From Euprymna scolopes (Eukaryota), in assembly GCA_053919585.1 (NCBI GenBank), contig CM132792.1: a stretch of DNA of 64,000 nucleotides, one strand, 5' to 3'. Under the pieces are notes generated by a model. That model saw only the letters and a list, made by a program, of their open reading frames with translations, searched no databases and had not been told where the DNA came from. Positions 63,318-64,000 of the stretch are shown here, one piece after another (the stretch's first letter is position 1; each line of letters begins with the position of its first letter). The translations under genes were made by a program, and so were the position numbers.

Positions 63318-64000
63318 TCATTTTTTTTTTTTAACAATAACATAATTCATCATTTCAGATATGGAGGAGACATTTTTCTTAAATGATTCAGCATAAGAAT
63401 TACAACCATCAACCAAATCAATTTCTTCTAGACGCCATGGTTTGAACAACATCAATAGATTATGAAAAAAGCGCTCTTTTGTCTCTGAAGTAAATTTCAC
63501 ATTTGGAGTTTCAACAACTTTTTCTTTAACTTTACAGAAATAACCAAAGTTATTTTTAAGTTTCATTTCATCACTTTGATCATTTATTTTTAAATATTTG
63601 ATTTTCTCATAATTTCTAGCAACATAATATAAGCTTTTGTTTTCCATTGAATCAGGTCTATTTAGGTACCATGTTTCAACCATATTGCCATAGTACAAGT
63701 CTGTACAATCAAAAGACAGATTATCTAATTGTTTTTGTGGCAAAAATCTACGGGTTCTATATTGAGGCATGGCTGCATCAACCCACATGACAATCTCAGA
63801 TGCTCCAAACAAATGGTGTCCCAACAACTTATCAGCTACTTCATAAGCCACTAAATCTTTTAGCTAGAAATGAAAGACCAGCATTTTTGTATTTACTATA
63901 AAGAGATTTAGAGTGGTCCAATGACCACACACCTACAGTCTCACCTTTTTTATATTTAGTTTGATAGTTGGTGATATAATGATTCAATACCATTGAACTT
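63318..64000 (-). mobile_element. Helitron2/Helentron-like RepHel linker fragment, running off the window
   Basis: VAYEVADKLLGHHLF, WYLNRP..ENKSLY, LLMLFKPWR resemble the post-Rep region of Helentron-type proteins. Confidence 0.6.

Noticed and set aside
1-64000. Species assignment
   Set aside because: No host gene or diagnostic marker; the TE repertoire only suggests an invertebrate animal.

Overview
AT-rich eukaryotic (probably invertebrate metazoan) DNA made almost entirely of nested, mostly decayed transposable elements; I see no host gene. Elements recognised: three BEL/Pao, three Gypsy-type and one Copia LTR retroelement remnants, four Penelope-like elements with hammerhead ribozymes, several Tx1/L1-clade LINE pieces, two Helitron remnants plus a Helitron2/Helentron-like fragment, a DD35E IS630/Tc1 element, two mariner fragments, a Merlin element, an intact hAT transposase and a Transib/RAG1-like transposon. 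Three things stand out. (1) About 25 independent insertions all code on the minus strand, the pattern expected of a uni-strand, flamenco-like piRNA cluster transcribed on +. (2) The Transib at 9663-13557 has a RAG1-NBD-like segment, a CTT-like Zn motif, CACAGTG termini (one a near-consensus 23-RSS), three stacked 3' ends and a 5-bp TSD at a cryptic CACAG end. (3) Three stacked Tx1 3' ends each abut U2 snRNA-like sequence. All family calls come from motif recognition by eye; no database searches were run, and boundaries lacking a TSD or TIR are approximate.
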